Source: Candidatus Thorarchaeota archaeon
GTDB taxonomy: Archaea > Asgardarchaeota > Thorarchaeia > Thorarchaeales > Thorarchaeaceae
DNA length: 64,000 nucleotides
Direction: 5' to 3'
Assembly (NCBI GenBank): GCA_048882485.1
Contig: JBHLRP010000006.1
Location: forward strand, 42,423 to 106,422
Both the position numbers and the translations under genes were made by a program. Shown piece by piece: positions 1 through 10,183 of the stretch. Each line of letters opens with the position of its first letter. Position 1 is the first letter of the stretch. The notes below the pieces were generated by a model, which saw only the letters and a list, made by a program, of their open reading frames with translations, was not told the DNA's origin and did no database searches.

Positions 1-2
1 CA

Positions 3-341
3 CACTCAGCAGGACTGCTATTTGGCATAATCACAGAACAGACTGAGAGCGAGAAAGGAAAGGGAAAGAGACTTCCAGTAATCAGAACTCGAAAAGGACT
101 AGACTCAGTTGAGGATGAACAGGAATTCTTCATCGCGGGATTCCCTGGAATCAATGTAGTTCGGGCACGAAGTCTGCTAGAGAAATTCGGTTCCCCCATT
201 GAGGTGGTCACAAGAACCGACGAATGGACTAAACTGCCTGGAATAGGACCAAAGACAGTTGTATCTGCAAAGAAATTACTCTACTCAGACTACGTACCCC
301 CTAAGGACGATGATGAGGTAAAAGCAGAAGAAAAGGACTAG
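3..341 (+). CDS. C-terminal part of an XPF/ERCC4-family nuclease (tandem HhH domain), 5'-truncated by the window edge
   Basis: Own translation of frame 3: ...EQEFFIAGFPGINVVRARSLLEKFGSP...LPGIGPKTV...*, two HhH motifs typical of the archaeal XPF/Hef C-terminus. Confidence 0.7.
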   Translation, partial: HSAGLLFGIITEQTESEKGKGKRLPVIRTRKGLDSVEDEQEFFIAGFPGINVVRARSLLEKFGSPIEVVTRTDEWTKLPGIGPKTVVSAKKLLYSDYVPPKDDDEVKAEEKD

Positions 342-371
342 CTCGTAAGTTTTAAAAAGTGAAACTATTCT

Positions 372-1496
372 ATGGTGATAGAATACCTAAGAGAAAGGTG
401 TCATCTCATGGGAGACGTTCGCATAGCGATTGCAGGACTTGGGAACTGTGCATCTGCATTGATCCAAGGAGTGCATTATTACAAAGACGCAAAGGCCGAG
501 GATGAAGTACCAGGCCTGATGCATGTTGATTTCGGAGGATACTTCCCCAAAGATCTGAAGTTCGTGGCTGCTTTTGAAGCAAATAGGAGAAAAATCGGAA
601 AGGACATCGCAGACGCAATATGGGAAGAGCCAAACTGCTGTGTGCCTTTCTATCGTGATGTCCCAAAGACGGGTGTGAAAGTCCTGCCAGGACCGATATC
701 GGATGGAGTAGCGCCACATATGAGAGAATCGTTCTTCGCCTATGACGAGAACGAGATGGAATCTGTCGATGTTGTTGAGGAGATTAGAAGGTCCAAAGCA
801 GATATGTTAGTTTCATATCTTCCTGTCGGCAGTGCAGAAGCTGCGAGAATCTACGCAGATGCAGCGATTGAAGCGGAAGTCGGTTTTGTGAATGCATTTC
901 CTGAATTCATCGTTTCTGATCCGAATAGCCCCCACGCTCAAGCCTTTGAAAAGAAAGGAATTCCTGCTGCAGGAGATGATATAAAGAGTCAGCTTGGCGC
1001 CACTATTCTGCATCGTGTTCTAGCTCAACTCTTTGACAAGAGGGGTTTAATCCTCCAAAACACATACCAGCTAAACATAGGCGGAAACACAGACTTTGAG
1101 AATATGCAGGTCGAGAACAGACTTCAATCCAAGAGAATCAGTAAGACCGAGGCTGTCACAAGTTGTGTTGAGTATGAACTACCTACAAAGATTGGGCCCA
1201 GTGACTATGTCCCGTTCCTTGAGGACAACAAGGTATGTTACATCAGTATGCGCTCCAAGGCTTTTGGCGACCTGCCAATAGACCTTGACCTGAAGCTTTC
1301 TGTGCAAGATTCACCAAACTCAGCAGGAGTAATAATCGATGTTGCCAGAGCTGTCAAGATAGCTCTGGATCGCGGAGTCGGCGGCGAACTCTCAAGCATC
1401 AGCTCCTATAGCTTCAAACATCCAAGATACCAGATAGATGATTTTGAAGCAAGAAAGCGCGTTGATGAGTTCATCGAAGGAAAGCGCGAGAGATAG
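372..1496 (+). CDS. ino1: myo-inositol-1-phosphate synthase (real start probably ATG 408)
   Basis: IAGLGNCASALIQG, GDDIKSQLGAT, QLNIGGNTDF, DSPNSAGV motifs. Confidence 0.95.
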   Translation: MVIEYLRERCHLMGDVRIAIAGLGNCASALIQGVHYYKDAKAEDEVPGLMHVDFGGYFPKDLKFVAAFEANRRKIGKDIADAIWEEPNCCVPFYRDVPKTGVKVLPGPISDGVAPHMRESFFAYDENEMESVDVVEEIRRSKADMLVSYLPVGSAEAARIYADAAIEAEVGFVNAFPEFIVSDPNSPHAQAFEKKGIPAAGDDIKSQLGATILHRVLAQLFDKRGLILQNTYQLNIGGNTDFENMQVENRLQSKRISKTEAVTSCVEYELPTKIGPSDYVPFLEDNKVCYISMRSKAFGDLPIDLDLKLSVQDSPNSAGVIIDVARAVKIALDRGVGGELSSISSYSFKHPRYQIDDFEARKRVDEFIEGKRER

Positions 1497-1562
1497 AAAC
1501 AGAGAGGATGGAATCCATCTGGTCCAGTTTTTATATACTGGATCAGATAGCTCTTCCAAGAA

Positions 1563-2780
1563 CTAGAGTTCAGTGAAGCTCTTGACAGTCTTCTCATCGA
1601 GCCTCTTTATCACTTCAACCAGAAGCTGGACGGCATTCTCGATATCTGATAAATCAAGCATTCCGTGATGAGAATGAATATGTCTTGTTGGAATTCCGAT
1701 GAACAGCGAAGGGGCACCCATTCCTGTGATGTGGATAATTCCGGCATCAGTGCCTCCAGACTTCAGAAATGCTGGTTGATGTCTGATACCTTTCTCCTCT
1801 GCAATATTTAAAACGAACTGACGGAATTTCGGATTTGGAATCATTGATCCATCTCCGGCGGAAATTGCTACGCCTTTGCCCATCTTCTGAACGAGGCCCT
1901 TGACTCCAGGCACATCACCAGAAATATCGACATCAAGCGCAAATCCAATATCAGGTAGAAGCATCTGCGCAGCTGTTCTGGCTCCTCTCAGTCCAACCTC
2001 CTCTTGAGTCGTGGATACTGCATAGACAATGTTTGGATGCGAGATGTCCTCCTCAGAGAGTCTTCTTAGAACCTCCAGCGCTATAAAGACTCCAATCCGA
2101 TCATCGAATGCTTTTGCCACCGCTAGAGTGACTTCTCTTCCTTCTTCCTCTGCATTTTTGTCGTCTTCGCTCTTCTTCTCTTTCCGCTTTCGTTCCATTG
2201 TCCTGAAAATGGAATTTGGTACACCGGGATCACCAACTCGAATTCCTAGTTCCTTCACCTCTTTGGCTGAGTTGCAACCGATGTCAATGAACATCTTCTC
2301 CTTGGTTACCACCTTGGAACGTTCTTCAGGACCCAAAACATGGGGCGGAGGAGCTCCTATGACACCGATGACTTTCTTGTTTCCTTGGGAAGGTTTGATT
2401 ATGACCTCTTGCGTTAGTAGAGTCTGATCCCACCATCCTCCCAGTTGATGAAAACGGAGAAATCCATTCTTATCAATCTCTGTTATCACAAAACCAATCT
2501 CGTCAACATGCCCGGCCAACATGATTTTTGGGCCTTTGTCCCCTCTGCGGAACACAACTGAACCCAATCTATCATAAAGAACCTCATCGGCGTACTTGGC
2601 CCCGTAATCCCTGGCGATCTTCTGTGCCTCATGTTCATGGCCACTTGGCCCGAATGAATTGCATAAGGCTTCTAGGAGTTTGACATCAAGATTTTTTCCT
2701 GCCATTGAACTCACTTCAGAATAGTTTCTGTAGAATGGAACTCTCGGGATTTGCAAATGGGTATAGTAGTTTCGGTCCAT
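1563..2780 (-). CDS. M42 family (TET-like) aminopeptidase
   Basis: GPSGHE, AGHVDEIG, KAFDDRIG, QEEVGLRGA, GGTDAG, RHIHS motifs; start probably ~2705 (MAGK). Confidence 0.92.
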   Translation of the reverse strand: MDRNYYTHLQIPRVPFYRNYSEVSSMAGKNLDVKLLEALCNSFGPSGHEHEAQKIARDYGAKYADEVLYDRLGSVVFRRGDKGPKIMLAGHVDEIGFVITEIDKNGFLRFHQLGGWWDQTLLTQEVIIKPSQGNKKVIGVIGAPPPHVLGPEERSKVVTKEKMFIDIGCNSAKEVKELGIRVGDPGVPNSIFRTMERKRKEKKSEDDKNAEEEGREVTLAVAKAFDDRIGVFIALEVLRRLSEEDISHPNIVYAVSTTQEEVGLRGARTAAQMLLPDIGFALDVDISGDVPGVKGLVQKMGKGVAISAGDGSMIPNPKFRQFVLNIAEEKGIRHQPAFLKSGGTDAGIIHITGMGAPSLFIGIPTRHIHSHHGMLDLSDIENAVQLLVEVIKRLDEKTVKSFTEL

Positions 2781-2801
2781 GCACGAGAGGCGATAGACCT
2801 G

Positions 2802-3338
2802 CTAAATACTCGATTTAGCGAGCAGACTGAATGCTTCTTCCACGTTTTGGCCAGTCAATGCGCTGGTTTCTAGATAGGCAACCAGATTGTGTTCTTCAGC
2901 AAATTGCTTGCCCATCTCAGTTGTGATTATGCGTTCGTTTGCAAGATCAACCTTGTTGGCAAGGAGGATTATTGGAATCCGTTCACCCAATGCATTTTCC
3001 GTTTCCTCAATCCATTTGGGAAGCTCAATGTAAGTACTCTTTCTTGTTGTGTCAAAAACAAGCAGGGCTCCTTTCGACCCCCTATAGTAGCTTCCACGTA
3101 TGAAATCGAATCGCTGCTGTCCAGCCAAGTCCCAAACCAAAAGTTTGACAACAACAGAGTTGCCGTTGTTATCTGGAACAGCCACAGTCTTCACTGCAAA
3201 CTGCGAACCAATGGTTACGATATACTGCTCGGAGAATTTCTGCGTAAGGAAACGATTTACGAGTGCGGTCTTGCCACTGCCACCAGCTCCAATCATGACA
3301 ACCTTACGCATGAAATCAAATTCCGCAGCTTTCGCCAA
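2802..3338 (-). CDS. Rab-like small GTPase
   Basis: GAGGSGKT (G1), TIG (G2), WDLAGQQRF (G3), NKVD (G4), ETSAL (G5), YYRG; no C-terminal prenylation cysteines. Confidence 0.93.
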   Translation of the reverse strand: MAKAAEFDFMRKVVMIGAGGSGKTALVNRFLTQKFSEQYIVTIGSQFAVKTVAVPDNNGNSVVVKLLVWDLAGQQRFDFIRGSYYRGSKGALLVFDTTRKSTYIELPKWIEETENALGERIPIILLANKVDLANERIITTEMGKQFAEEHNLVAYLETSALTGQNVEEAFSLLAKSSI

Positions 3339-3570
3339 GTTGGTCCCTCGTGAGATCGATTATAGTAGTGCATATCTCAACAGTGCACAATGCTTGAATC
3401 AATGAGAGCTGGGCTTTGACCATATTTAGCCTTTTATGGCATTTAATGGAGCAGCAAACCCATTCTCACATCAAAATAGGTTGGCGCCCTATTCATTGTT
3501 TCTAGTCTTAGTCTGGAAGAGATTATAACGGGTATTACCGGGGTGGTACCTGTCGGGAGGACAACGCAGC

Positions 3571-3756
3571 ATGCGGCTAATCACTGTTAAGATGAGTGAG
3601 ATTTATGCGGATGGCTTGGACAAGCTGGTCGAGATTGGTATGTATCCCTCCAGGAGCGAGGCAATCAGAGTTGCAATCCGAGACCTATTGCGTCGCGAGC
3701 TGTGGCCAAGAGATGGAGGACCCCTCTTGATGGACGATGAAACCGTGTCAGGATGA
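3571..3756 (+). CDS. Ribbon-helix-helix (CopG/CdrS-like) transcription regulator
   Basis: ITVKM beta-strand then YPSRSEAIRVAIRDLL. Confidence 0.85.
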   Translation: MRLITVKMSEIYADGLDKLVEIGMYPSRSEAIRVAIRDLLRRELWPRDGGPLLMDDETVSG

Positions 3757-3838
3757 GTTCTATTCCCCCCCAAAACACAAATTAGTATAAATCTGTGAAT
3801 CAAATCACACAGGGCGTACAATCGGAGGTTTCACGCCA

Positions 3839-4360
3839 TTGAATCTCAGAGTTCTTTTCAAGAGTATAAAATTCGCTTTCCGCGCCAAGAGACGTGTGTT
3901 TACTTTCATTGTAATCTATGCGTTTCTTATTGTAATGGTGTCACGCGGACTGGCCTCAGGAGTAGATCAACTCCTTTGGCTCTTTGCCGCATTTGTGTTG
4001 GCAACATTATATGCAGTCCTGATTGCACAGTCTAGGGCGAAGGATATCGCGATTCTCAAATGTGTTTCATGGAACAACAACGACATATTCCTAATCATGG
4101 TTGGAGAAGTGGTTCTTGTATCACTCTCGGCATTTCTATTGGTGTTTCAAATAAGTGTCGAACTGCTGGGTTTAGTGGCTTACTTCGAGCCATTGTTTGA
4201 CACAGGCTTTCTCGATGGTCTGCAAGCGTTGCTCGCAGTTCCCCTTGGGGACCTCATGGTTACTCTATTTGTAATTGTGGTATTGCAGCTACCAGGCCTA
4301 TATATGGCGCAACGTAGAGCCATGATGATTGCACCAATGAGAGCACTGAGGGAGGAATGA
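3839..4360 (+). CDS. FtsX-like ABC permease (short)
   Basis: 4 TM segments, RAKDIAILKCVSW, C-terminal PMRALREE. Confidence 0.8.
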   Translation: MNLRVLFKSIKFAFRAKRRVFTFIVIYAFLIVMVSRGLASGVDQLLWLFAAFVLATLYAVLIAQSRAKDIAILKCVSWNNNDIFLIMVGEVVLVSLSAFLLVFQISVELLGLVAYFEPLFDTGFLDGLQALLAVPLGDLMVTLFVIVVLQLPGLYMAQRRAMMIAPMRALREE

Positions 4361-5040
4361 AAATGGCAAATGCAATAATCCAACTCGAAGATGTAAACAA
4401 GGAGTTCGGCAAGGGAAAAAACACTGTTGCTGCACTAAAGGACATCAATCTTGAGATCCAACAAGGTGAATTCATAGCTGTTGTCGGACCGTCAGGCTGC
4501 GGAAAATCAACGTTGCTTCATGTTATGGCAGGTCTTGAACAACCGACAACAGGAAGAGTTCTTCTAGATGCTGTTGATGTCACTCTAATTAGTGAGAGGG
4601 ATCTCCCTAAGGTGAGGGCTCAAAAGATAGGGTTCGTCTTTCAGGCCTTCCTTCTCATCGAGGATCTCACCGCATATGAGAATGTTGAATCAGTCCTCTG
4701 GCCAAATGAAGAGCTGACAAAAGAAACCCAAGAAAAGATGGCCCTGGAAGTTCTCCGAGATGTTGACATGCTCGAGAGAAGGGATCACTTTCCGCGTCAG
4801 ATGAGCGGCGGCGAACAACAGCGTGTGGCAATTGCGAGGGCTCTAGTGAACAGGCCTCCAATTCTCTTCTGTGATGAACCCACCGGAAATCTAGACAGCA
4901 AGATAGGCGACAGCATCATGAAGGATATCGCGAATCTTGCCAGAGAAAAGCACATGACCGTCGTATTGGTCACACATAATGAGGACCTGACCAAGTACGC
5001 TAAACGCGTTCTTCGGATGAAGGATGGAGCTATAAGATAG
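4357..5040 (+). CDS. ABC transporter ATP-binding protein (LolD/MacB-type)
   Basis: GPSGCGKS, MSGGEQQRVAIARA, DEPTGNLD, VTHN. Confidence 0.95.
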   Translation: MKMANAIIQLEDVNKEFGKGKNTVAALKDINLEIQQGEFIAVVGPSGCGKSTLLHVMAGLEQPTTGRVLLDAVDVTLISERDLPKVRAQKIGFVFQAFLLIEDLTAYENVESVLWPNEELTKETQEKMALEVLRDVDMLERRDHFPRQMSGGEQQRVAIARALVNRPPILFCDEPTGNLDSKIGDSIMKDIANLAREKHMTVVLVTHNEDLTKYAKRVLRMKDGAIR

Positions 5041-5133
5041 TCTATGCAGATTGAGTTGCCTCGACCTGGCTGAACCAAAGCTTAAGATGGATAATCAGCC
5101 AGGTCTGCACATCTTTTTGGAGCGTAGACCAAA

Positions 5134-5964
5134 ATGCAAAAGGCCGACTGCAGCAAACAAGAGGAACTCGCCGAAGAGAAAGCTGCAGAAGGTTTCAATG
5201 AGTACTCGATGGAGCTCTTTGCATCAGCTGCAGAGTGTTGGAGACGTTGGGAGTTTTTTGCTAGAGCTGCCAATTGCTTCGAACGTGCCTACGAGCACGC
5301 AATGTTAGCTCATAAGTATTCAAGAGCAGCTAATGTAATGATTGAAGGAGGGTACTCATGGATCAAAGAGGGACAGCATGAGAAGTTTGAGATTGACTGT
5401 CAAATAGCATCAGAAGCATACATCTTAGCCGCTGAGAATGAAAAGGATCCATCCTATTTTGTGGAAGGGTCCTTGTGCGCTATTACTGGCGGTGATATTG
5501 AGCTAGCAAAGCAGCTTATACATGCAGCCGCTGAAACTACGAAAGGCCAGATTAGAGAGCTGATTATCTTCGCACTGATGTTGAGCGAATATCACTTCGG
5601 AGATGCAGACCTCTATATCGAAGAAGTTCTCCAAACAGCGGTTGATAGGAAAACTTTCCGCAAGGCGCATCAATACCTCTACTTGATTCTTACTGGTTTC
5701 ATTCGCACATCATTGGAATCAGAAGCAGCTGTTACAATGACAAGTCTGGTTGAAAGCACTGGCATGAAAGAGGCAAAACTAGCAAAATTGGTGAGAAAGG
5801 GCATTCAGGAAGGACTGATTCCTGCATACTATGATGCCGACTCGAGGGAGCTTGTTGTAGATACTGATAGATACGATGTTTCTGCACTCGCGAAAAGAAA
5901 AGGCCCAATTATGAGCCGGGACCTCGATGATCCTGGTGCATGGGACCTTGATTTGGGGGAGTGA
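5134..5964 (+). CDS. Alpha-helical repeat (SNAP/TPR-like) protein with C-terminal PCI-like winged helix
   Basis: AAECW/AANCFERA repeats; C-terminus VTMTSLVESTGM...LVRKGIQEGLIPAYYDADSRELV resembles a PCI winged helix. Confidence 0.5.
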   Translation: MQKADCSKQEELAEEKAAEGFNEYSMELFASAAECWRRWEFFARAANCFERAYEHAMLAHKYSRAANVMIEGGYSWIKEGQHEKFEIDCQIASEAYILAAENEKDPSYFVEGSLCAITGGDIELAKQLIHAAAETTKGQIRELIIFALMLSEYHFGDADLYIEEVLQTAVDRKTFRKAHQYLYLILTGFIRTSLESEAAVTMTSLVESTGMKEAKLAKLVRKGIQEGLIPAYYDADSRELVVDTDRYDVSALAKRKGPIMSRDLDDPGAWDLDLGE

Positions 5965-6114
5965 GTGCTACTGCAACATCCGATTAACATTGATATTCGA
6001 ATCATAGCATGATTGAAGTTGCATTCGCTGGCTTCACTAGCTGAAGGAGCAGCAAACGTTTTTAGTACGATTGCAGATTCTCAATCGCCGGCTCCTATTG
6101 CAAAGGTGGTTTAG

Positions 6115-6336
6115 ATGGCTGAAGGCCTAAAGTGGTTGCAGTGCCCTGTCTGTAAGAAGACGATTTCTTGGAAAGTTCCAGACCAGGCACTCAAGAAAGT
6201 TACACGCTTTCCTGTGGCTATAGTCGTCAAACACGATGACCACAATCTGGTCTGTTATGTTGATAGTCATCTGCAACTCGCAGACACCGAGGTTGCAGCC
6301 GCCTATGTAGAAGGCAAATCAAAAGATGAGGATTGA
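6115..6336 (+). CDS. Small putative Zn-binding protein (CxxC...HxxH)
   Basis: CPVC and HDDH; SD-like AGGTGG upstream. Confidence 0.65.
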   Translation: MAEGLKWLQCPVCKKTISWKVPDQALKKVTRFPVAIVVKHDDHNLVCYVDSHLQLADTEVAAAYVEGKSKDED

Positions 6337-6353
6337 CTGTCCAAACCTGCTTT

Positions 6354-6917
6354 TCACTCCAGATCATTGTCCATAGCCCATTCAAGCACTCTCGATGCTT
6401 GCGCGCTGGCCATGCCCCAATTCATAAGTTTGTCAATCAAGCTGCGGATGCCAGACACCCAATCAGAGAGAACATCCTCAATCCTTCCTCTCAGGCCTGG
6501 CTCATGGACCTCTTTAAGAAATGGCAGTAGCTTATCGACCCAAGTCTGAGATAGGACCAATAGAGTTTCGAGTCTTGCAATCCACTCTTGTCGGGGCAAG
6601 CCACTAAGAGTCTGAGCAACAGCAAGATGATAGTCATACTGGGCGGTAATATACCTCAGGCGCCAGCTAATGACCTCAATCAGAAGTGTGCGATAGTCGT
6701 TATTCGGTGCGGTTCTGACCAGAAGAGTAAGGAAACGTTCGGACATCTCGTCTGCAGACTGACTCGCTTCATAGTACAATGCCATTGCCTGCTGATGCTG
6801 CTCATTAGCCAGAAGCTCATCGGCTTCACTCACGGCGCTCTTGAAACGGTCAAGCAGCTCGCGAGTAGTGTTGTCTGAGGAGGCTTCTGCATCATTTTGG
6901 TTCAGGTTCACTGGCAT
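6354..6917 (-). CDS. Hypothetical alpha-helical protein
   Basis: 187-aa ORF with protein-like amphipathic composition. Confidence 0.65.
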   Translation of the reverse strand: MPVNLNQNDAEASSDNTTRELLDRFKSAVSEADELLANEQHQQAMALYYEASQSADEMSERFLTLLVRTAPNNDYRTLLIEVISWRLRYITAQYDYHLAVAQTLSGLPRQEWIARLETLLVLSQTWVDKLLPFLKEVHEPGLRGRIEDVLSDWVSGIRSLIDKLMNWGMASAQASRVLEWAMDNDLE

Positions 6918-7081
6918 TCACCGTAGCTTAGTGGGTTTCTTACAGGACAAATAGACAGCCTGGATGACGGTTGCATCATCGATGAAGTCCACACATCAAT
7001 GTGGTCTCCCTGCGACAATTTTGTCCATTGGTTCCTCGCATGATTCGCAATTCTTCATGCCTTAGATGCCCTAAAAGATGT

Positions 7082-8089
7082 CTATGATGTCCTCCCCATA
7101 TCTAGAGCGGTGTCATTTAGCGGTGGAAGGTTATTCTTCTTGTAATCATCGGTAGATTCAGTCCAATGGATGAAATCAGATGATGGTGGATACTCAGAGT
7201 AAAGAAACGCCCTCATTGATTCCAGACACCGATTCTCAATTTCAAGCGACTCGGCAACACTTACAATTCGGTTGCCTGCGCTTTCTGCTGCCGCCCTGAT
7301 GGGACGCAGCCAATCGAGCCACTCCGTTGATCTCATGAGATGATGGTCAACTACAACCAGTGGAAGCTCTGTGGCAAGTCTTGTCAGTGATAGAGATGCA
7401 GATTGTCTGTGATGCTCCTCGAATCTTCTCAAATAAATCGGAGGGCCACCAACCAGCAGTATGTCGGGAGAGGTTGATATGATATACTCCAAATCATCTT
7501 GAACTGTAGGACCTTGAAGGTCAGGGGCAAACAGCACAGAATGACCTTCATGCTCTATTGAAGTTGCGACTACGTATCCTAATTTCGTATTAGAGGGGCC
7601 ATGTGATAGTGGCTTTGAACAGACGACTTTTGTTGCTCCGAATTCGAAAGTTTCACCATCACTCCAATGTATCTTCTCTGTAATTGGTTGAACATCCTTT
7701 TCGAAGTAGAATCCTCTGCGTCGCTGAGAGGGATTGATATTGTCTCTATTGTCCTTTGCAAGAATCACCTTTCCATCAAACAGCCTTTGGAGTTCCTCAC
7801 GCGAACTTAAGTTGTAGCGGAAATCTGTAAATCCCGGACTAACATGGTCATAATGATAGTGAGATACTGAGAGAACATCAGCCTTCCTTGACTCCACAAA
7901 GATTCTTTCGAGGCTCTTAATGAGTGTTTGATACTCAATTGGATGCGGCTCGAAACGCTCTCGCATTGCCAGGGCGGCAGAAGGATCAAGCACCATGTGT
8001 ATATCGGGAGTCTTCACTAATGTGCAAAATGATCGCACTCCTAGACTTTCTGCGGCTAGGGGCACTACTTCTATTTCTCCAGTTTGCAC
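7082..8089 (-). CDS. UPF0282-like metallo-beta-lactamase-fold hydrolase
   Basis: AAESLGVRS, SHYHYDH, INPSQRRR, DHHLMRS. Confidence 0.88.
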   Translation of the reverse strand: MQTGEIEVVPLAAESLGVRSFCTLVKTPDIHMVLDPSAALAMRERFEPHPIEYQTLIKSLERIFVESRKADVLSVSHYHYDHVSPGFTDFRYNLSSREELQRLFDGKVILAKDNRDNINPSQRRRGFYFEKDVQPITEKIHWSDGETFEFGATKVVCSKPLSHGPSNTKLGYVVATSIEHEGHSVLFAPDLQGPTVQDDLEYIISTSPDILLVGGPPIYLRRFEEHHRQSASLSLTRLATELPLVVVDHHLMRSTEWLDWLRPIRAAAESAGNRIVSVAESLEIENRCLESMRAFLYSEYPPSSDFIHWTESTDDYKKNNLPPLNDTALDMGRTS

Positions 8090-8664
8090 TATACAGCCTT
8101 CCTATAGTAGTTGAGTTTGTATACTCTCTGATCATGTTCCAGCTCAGCTTCGTATACTTGAGCAGCGCTATTTACCGTCCTAAAACAGTCAAACATGAAC
8201 CGATCAGAGGGTAGGAATTCGGATTGACGCGCATTGATCTCATCCAAAGTAAAGAGTGCCAGTTCACCTTCTCTATGCGATTCGTTGTAGTCGCTAATCT
8301 CTCCATGACCAACGAATATCAAAAAGTGATTCACAAGTTCTCCATCTCTTTGGACCAATCTTTCCGAAACAATCCCTCTGTACTCATAGTTAGTGAGAGA
8401 GGCCGCACCAGTTTCTTCTAGAACCTCTCGTTTTGCTGCTTCAAGTATATGCTCTCCAATCCCTACCTTGCCGCCCACCAAGCTCCATAGGTTCTCGTAT
8501 GGATAATTAGTGCGCTTCAAGAAGAGATACTGCCCTTTGCATCGGAGAATGCTAATCACTATTGGGATCATGGAAGCCACTGGGAACTCCTCACACTGGG
8601 TTGTTTGGACAGCAGTTATTTCAACGAGCTCGGCTTTAAACCTAGGGGGTGATGAGGCGAACAT
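8089..8664 (-). CDS. NUDIX hydrolase (start probably ~8571)
   Basis: GGKVGIGEHILEAAKREVLEETG Nudix box. Confidence 0.9.
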   Translation of the reverse strand: MFASSPPRFKAELVEITAVQTTQCEEFPVASMIPIVISILRCKGQYLFLKRTNYPYENLWSLVGGKVGIGEHILEAAKREVLEETGAASLTNYEYRGIVSERLVQRDGELVNHFLIFVGHGEISDYNESHREGELALFTLDEINARQSEFLPSDRFMFDCFRTVNSAAQVYEAELEHDQRVYKLNYYRKAV

Positions 8665-8685
8665 TCAAAGCACCCGCTACCTCTT

Positions 8686-10149
8686 GTGCTGTGGGTAGTA
8701 AACTTGGGCTCAGTAATCTCCAATGCAATTGCTTCTGCAGTTCTGTCAGAGATTATGCCTACTGATGAGGAGATTGAGAAACAGATTACAGTAATTGAAA
8801 GCCTCAAGTTCGCACTTGAACGCTACGCGACTGATAACGGCTTTCCATATCATTCAATTGAACCTCAGGGCTCAACAGGGAGAAAACAGACTCAGCTCAG
8901 GGGAGCTTCGGATATAGACCTCTTTGTGATTCTCTCACAAGACGATTACCCAGAGGAACTAAGTCAAGATCCGAAGAGGAGGAGAGATGCTATTGACAAC
9001 CTCATGAACGGTATGGTGGAAAACTGGTTCAAACCCGCGCTTTCTGGAATCAAGGTCAATTCGCTTCAAAAGACATACTCCCAGCATCCGTACTTGTCCC
9101 TTGAGATGATGGGGTTCGAGGTCGATATAGTGTCGTGCTTCTTCATTCCTCAGAGTGATTTGAAGAGAACTGGCCCAATCACTGCGATGGACAGGACTAT
9201 CCATCATTCGGAATATGTCTTCAATAACATAGGATTACTTAGAGATGATGTCAGGATTCTGAAATCATTTGTTCGCGCTTGTCATGCCTACGCTGATAGG
9301 TGCGCGGTTGGACAAATGGGATTTACAGGCTATGCCTTAGAGCTCCTAGTCATTTTGAAGGGTGGAGTTGATGAAGCTATCAGAGCGATTCTTGAGCTCG
9401 ATGTTATTCCTGTTGATCCATTCCATAGGAGTCTAGAGGATTTAGGAAAGATGCCAGCCTTTAGAGATGACAAAATCTTCATCATGGATCCTATAGATCC
9501 AGGTAGGAATGTCGCATCAAGTTTTGACAATAGATCTTTTCGGCTATTAAAGGTACTATCAGCCCGCCTAATTTCTGCAGCTGAGAAAGGGAATTCCAGC
9601 AAGGTCCAGGAGCTACTCTTGGAGAAACCAATACCGACCACTGCAGTGCCAAAATGGTTTGAAAAGCATAGTTCTGTCCACGAATTCAAATCAGATGGCT
9701 CGATTCACTATACGATTTTGAGAGACAAGATTCATAGCTTTGCAAGAAAAGCAGCTAACGAATTGTCTAGAGAGAATACAGGAGAGCCTCGATTCGGTGA
9801 AATACTCACCGAGGTATACTTAGAGGGATCATCATACGCTGTTGGGTTCATAATAGAGAAACCTATGATATCGGAGAAATACGAGAGAAAAGGTCCACCA
9901 ATGTCACTGAAAAATGCCTCGGACAGCTTTCGTCAGGCGCATCCCGATGCTATCGAAAGAGATGGATATCTTTGGATAGAAGAGTTTCGTAGGTGGACCT
10001 CTGCAGAGGACCATGTTGCTTCACTTATAGAGAGTGTTTCTATCAATGGCCTTGCACTGACAAGCAAAAGCGAAACCTCTTCCAAGCTGCTGAATATCAT
10101 GATGAACTGGGTACTTCTCGCTGAGCCCGACTTCCCATCATTGAAGTGA
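8686..10149 (+). CDS. cca: Class I CCA-adding tRNA nucleotidyltransferase
   Basis: GSTGRKQTQLRGASDIDLF, HPYL, DRTIHH, FTGYALELL, DPIDPGRNVA. Confidence 0.9.
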   Translation: MLWVVNLGSVISNAIASAVLSEIMPTDEEIEKQITVIESLKFALERYATDNGFPYHSIEPQGSTGRKQTQLRGASDIDLFVILSQDDYPEELSQDPKRRRDAIDNLMNGMVENWFKPALSGIKVNSLQKTYSQHPYLSLEMMGFEVDIVSCFFIPQSDLKRTGPITAMDRTIHHSEYVFNNIGLLRDDVRILKSFVRACHAYADRCAVGQMGFTGYALELLVILKGGVDEAIRAILELDVIPVDPFHRSLEDLGKMPAFRDDKIFIMDPIDPGRNVASSFDNRSFRLLKVLSARLISAAEKGNSSKVQELLLEKPIPTTAVPKWFEKHSSVHEFKSDGSIHYTILRDKIHSFARKAANELSRENTGEPRFGEILTEVYLEGSSYAVGFIIEKPMISEKYERKGPPMSLKNASDSFRQAHPDAIERDGYLWIEEFRRWTSAEDHVASLIESVSINGLALTSKSETSSKLLNIMMNWVLLAEPDFPSLK

Positions 10150-10183
10150 AAGTGTTTAAGGAGGGCCTTGTTCTTTCTGAGAG

